Source of the DNA: Anthoceros angustus
Lineage: Eukaryota > Plantae > Anthocerotophyta
Direction: 5' to 3'
NCBI GenBank assembly: GCA_010909165.1
Contig: VJWM01000305.1
Span: 1 to 64,000, forward strand
Length of the DNA stretch: 64,000 nucleotides
Part shown: one piece after another, positions 62,061 to 64,000 of the stretch
Numbering within the stretch: position 1 is the stretch's first letter
Layout of the letters: the number at the start of each line of letters is the position of its first letter
Position numbers and translations under genes: made by a program
The notes under the pieces: generated by a model
Told to the model about the DNA's origin: nothing
Database searches by the model: none
What the model saw: the letters and a program-made list of their open reading frames with translations, nothing else

Positions 62061-62879
62061 TCACCCTCCTTCCTATTCTTCTACCTAGCATTTATGGTCA
62101 TTGACCATTCTAGTCTTCACTGGGTGGTGACATGTCCCTTGGTGGATTGGCTCCCTCGCCCTCCTTTTGCTCTTGCCCTTCCCGCCTTTGTCCGCTTCCT
62201 AATGTGTGGGGCAAGTACAATCTGCCCTTCCTCCATCTCCGGCGGCGCCTGGATTCTTCCGATCGCGCCTCCCGCCACCGGCGCCTTTTCTCCAGCCTCC
62301 GCCGGTCGCGCCCGTTCATCGCACCCTACGCGGTGGTCGGCGGACTACGGGGTGACTTACCTACCATGGTAGTCGGTCCCTATCTCCTTCTTCCTTCCTT
62401 CTTCCTCCGCTGGTGAGGGTTTCGGGTCAAGATCTCCATTGCTCTTTGCCTTGCTTGATTTGTCCATACCTATCATAGAGCACCTTCATCCCCATCGACC
62501 ATGCGATTTTCTAACTCTCCGGGCCTTTTTTTGGACTCCTCCTCGGGTCCGGTTCCTCCCTTATCGCGGGATAGAACTTCTCACCTTCCTCCTCGGGGTG
62601 GACCCGTCCTTAGTCTCCTCGGTGGGGTTGTCTCTCCCACCACCCAACCGCCTCCTCCTCGGGGTATACTACCGGACCCCGGCTCTCGGCCAGCCTCGCC
62701 CAACTCCCATCAGCCTCCCGCTGGCACACCACCCTAGTCCGCGGACTACCGGCGTGGTGGTTCCCCACGGTAGTCCGCAGACTACCATGGTAGGTGGTCA
62801 CCCACCGTGGTAGGGTGACCCTGAGGGTGGGCTCCCTCCTTGCTCTCGCGCCGTCTCCCACCGGCGCCACGGCCGCTCC

Positions 62880-64000
62880 TCCACCTCGACTCCTCAGTTC
62901 CTCGGAGTCCATTTCACGATGGCCTCATCAAAATCGGAGGCCTCCGCCGCACTTGCGCCTCTTCATCATCATCATGAGGACCCAATGTCCTCCTCTTGGC
63001 CAAGTAAGACTTCATTGTTGGCCTTCAAAATTCTGTGGAGGTGAGCCCCAAGTTATGATATTGCATTTGGAGATCATCAATCCGTGGCCACTCTCCATCT
63101 TCACACCTACCTTTGTAGGCGTCCCTTGAGGTGGTCAATTCCCCACCTTGACATGGAGGTCACATTCTCCTCCCTCACTTCCTTTGGTGGCCAATTTTGC
63201 ACGAAGGGCATAATCCGCTTCCTCCTCACCACGATTCTATGCACCACCTTCTTGTGGCGCTCCTCCTCCTGAGACCTCCTTTGTTCGCTAATTCTTTGGC
63301 AAGCCCCTCTGCTTGCCAAGCATTCTTTTCGCTCCGACTCGCTCTGGTCTTGTGCTTCTCGCTCCTCCTCCAAATTAACCGGGTCCTTCTCAATTCCTCT
63401 CCCATGTCCCGGATTTTGATGGCTTGAGTAGCCATCACTGCTCATGTGCCCATTGCTTGCCGCTTCCTTCCTAGTGCCTCCTTGCTTTTCCTTTCTTGCT
63501 GGGCAAAATGCTCTCCGCCTTTTGCCTCCATGAGTCCTTTGGGTTGTTGCCGAATGGCTCTTTCTTGGTTTGACAACCTTCCTCCAAGACCTTCTCGCTC
63601 ATCCATGAGGTCGTTGGAGCTTCTCGCCCCTTTTCCAGCTTGGCTGCCTTTTCATCGGACTCCATGGCCTCCAATTGCCATTTGGTCCCTGCTTCCTCAC
63701 TACCGTTCATGCACCACCTTCTTGTGGCGCTCCTCCTCCTGAGACCTCCTTTGTTCGCTAATTCTTTGGCAAGCCCCTCTGCTTGCCAAGCATTCTTTTC
63801 GCTCCGACTCGCTCTGGTCTTGTGCTTCTCGCTCCTCCTCTCAAATTATCGGGTCCTTCTCAATTCCTCTCCCATATCCGGATTTTGATGGCTTGAGTAG
63901 CCATCACACACTCTTGCGGCCACTTTTGAGTTACCTTCTCCTTCCTAGTGCCTCCCTTGCTCTTCCTTTCTTGCTCTAATTGGGCAAAATGCTCCGCCTT
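62880..64000 (-). pseudogene. C-terminal part of the family 2 extra gene, with internal duplications; continues past the window edge
   Basis: WQLEAMESDEKAAKLEK; KKVVHRIVVRRK; EVREENVT; inverted homolog of 48200-49100. Confidence 0.7.

Noticed and set aside
1-64000. Host genes, tRNA/rRNA genes, prokaryotic or viral systems
   Set aside because: None recognisable. Nearly every interval maps to a retroelement part, and the only tRNA-related sequences are primer binding sites.

Overview
This is a eukaryotic, most likely plant, repeat-only region. I found no host gene, RNA gene or prokaryotic system. It is a nest of LTR retrotransposons. (1) Two head-to-tail copies of a large Ty3/gypsy element with an Athila-like Asp-tRNA-type PBS lie on the minus strand (2592-19952 and 18938-35963) and share a central LTR. 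(2) Several 3' halves of related gypsy families lie on both strands (619-2590, 35964-43950, 43951-51008, 58712-61040, 61041-64000). (3) There are three Ty1/copia elements: one complete with 149-bp LTRs and a TTTGC target-site duplication (36124-42203), one RT fragment, and one near-complete (52229-58713). Almost all ORFs are broken by 1-bp indels that differ between copies, and many internal duplications join at short microhomologies. This points to a low-accuracy consensus, so boundaries are approximate and rearrangements may be assembly artefacts. The most notable content is a ~900-codon extra gene between integrase and the 3' LTR. It has an N-terminal domain conserved across at least three gypsy families, plus a coiled coil. 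It is accompanied by arrays of the 14-bp palindrome CCTACCATGGTAGG at ~21-bp spacing, which recur in gag, the integrase tail, the extra gene and the 3' region.
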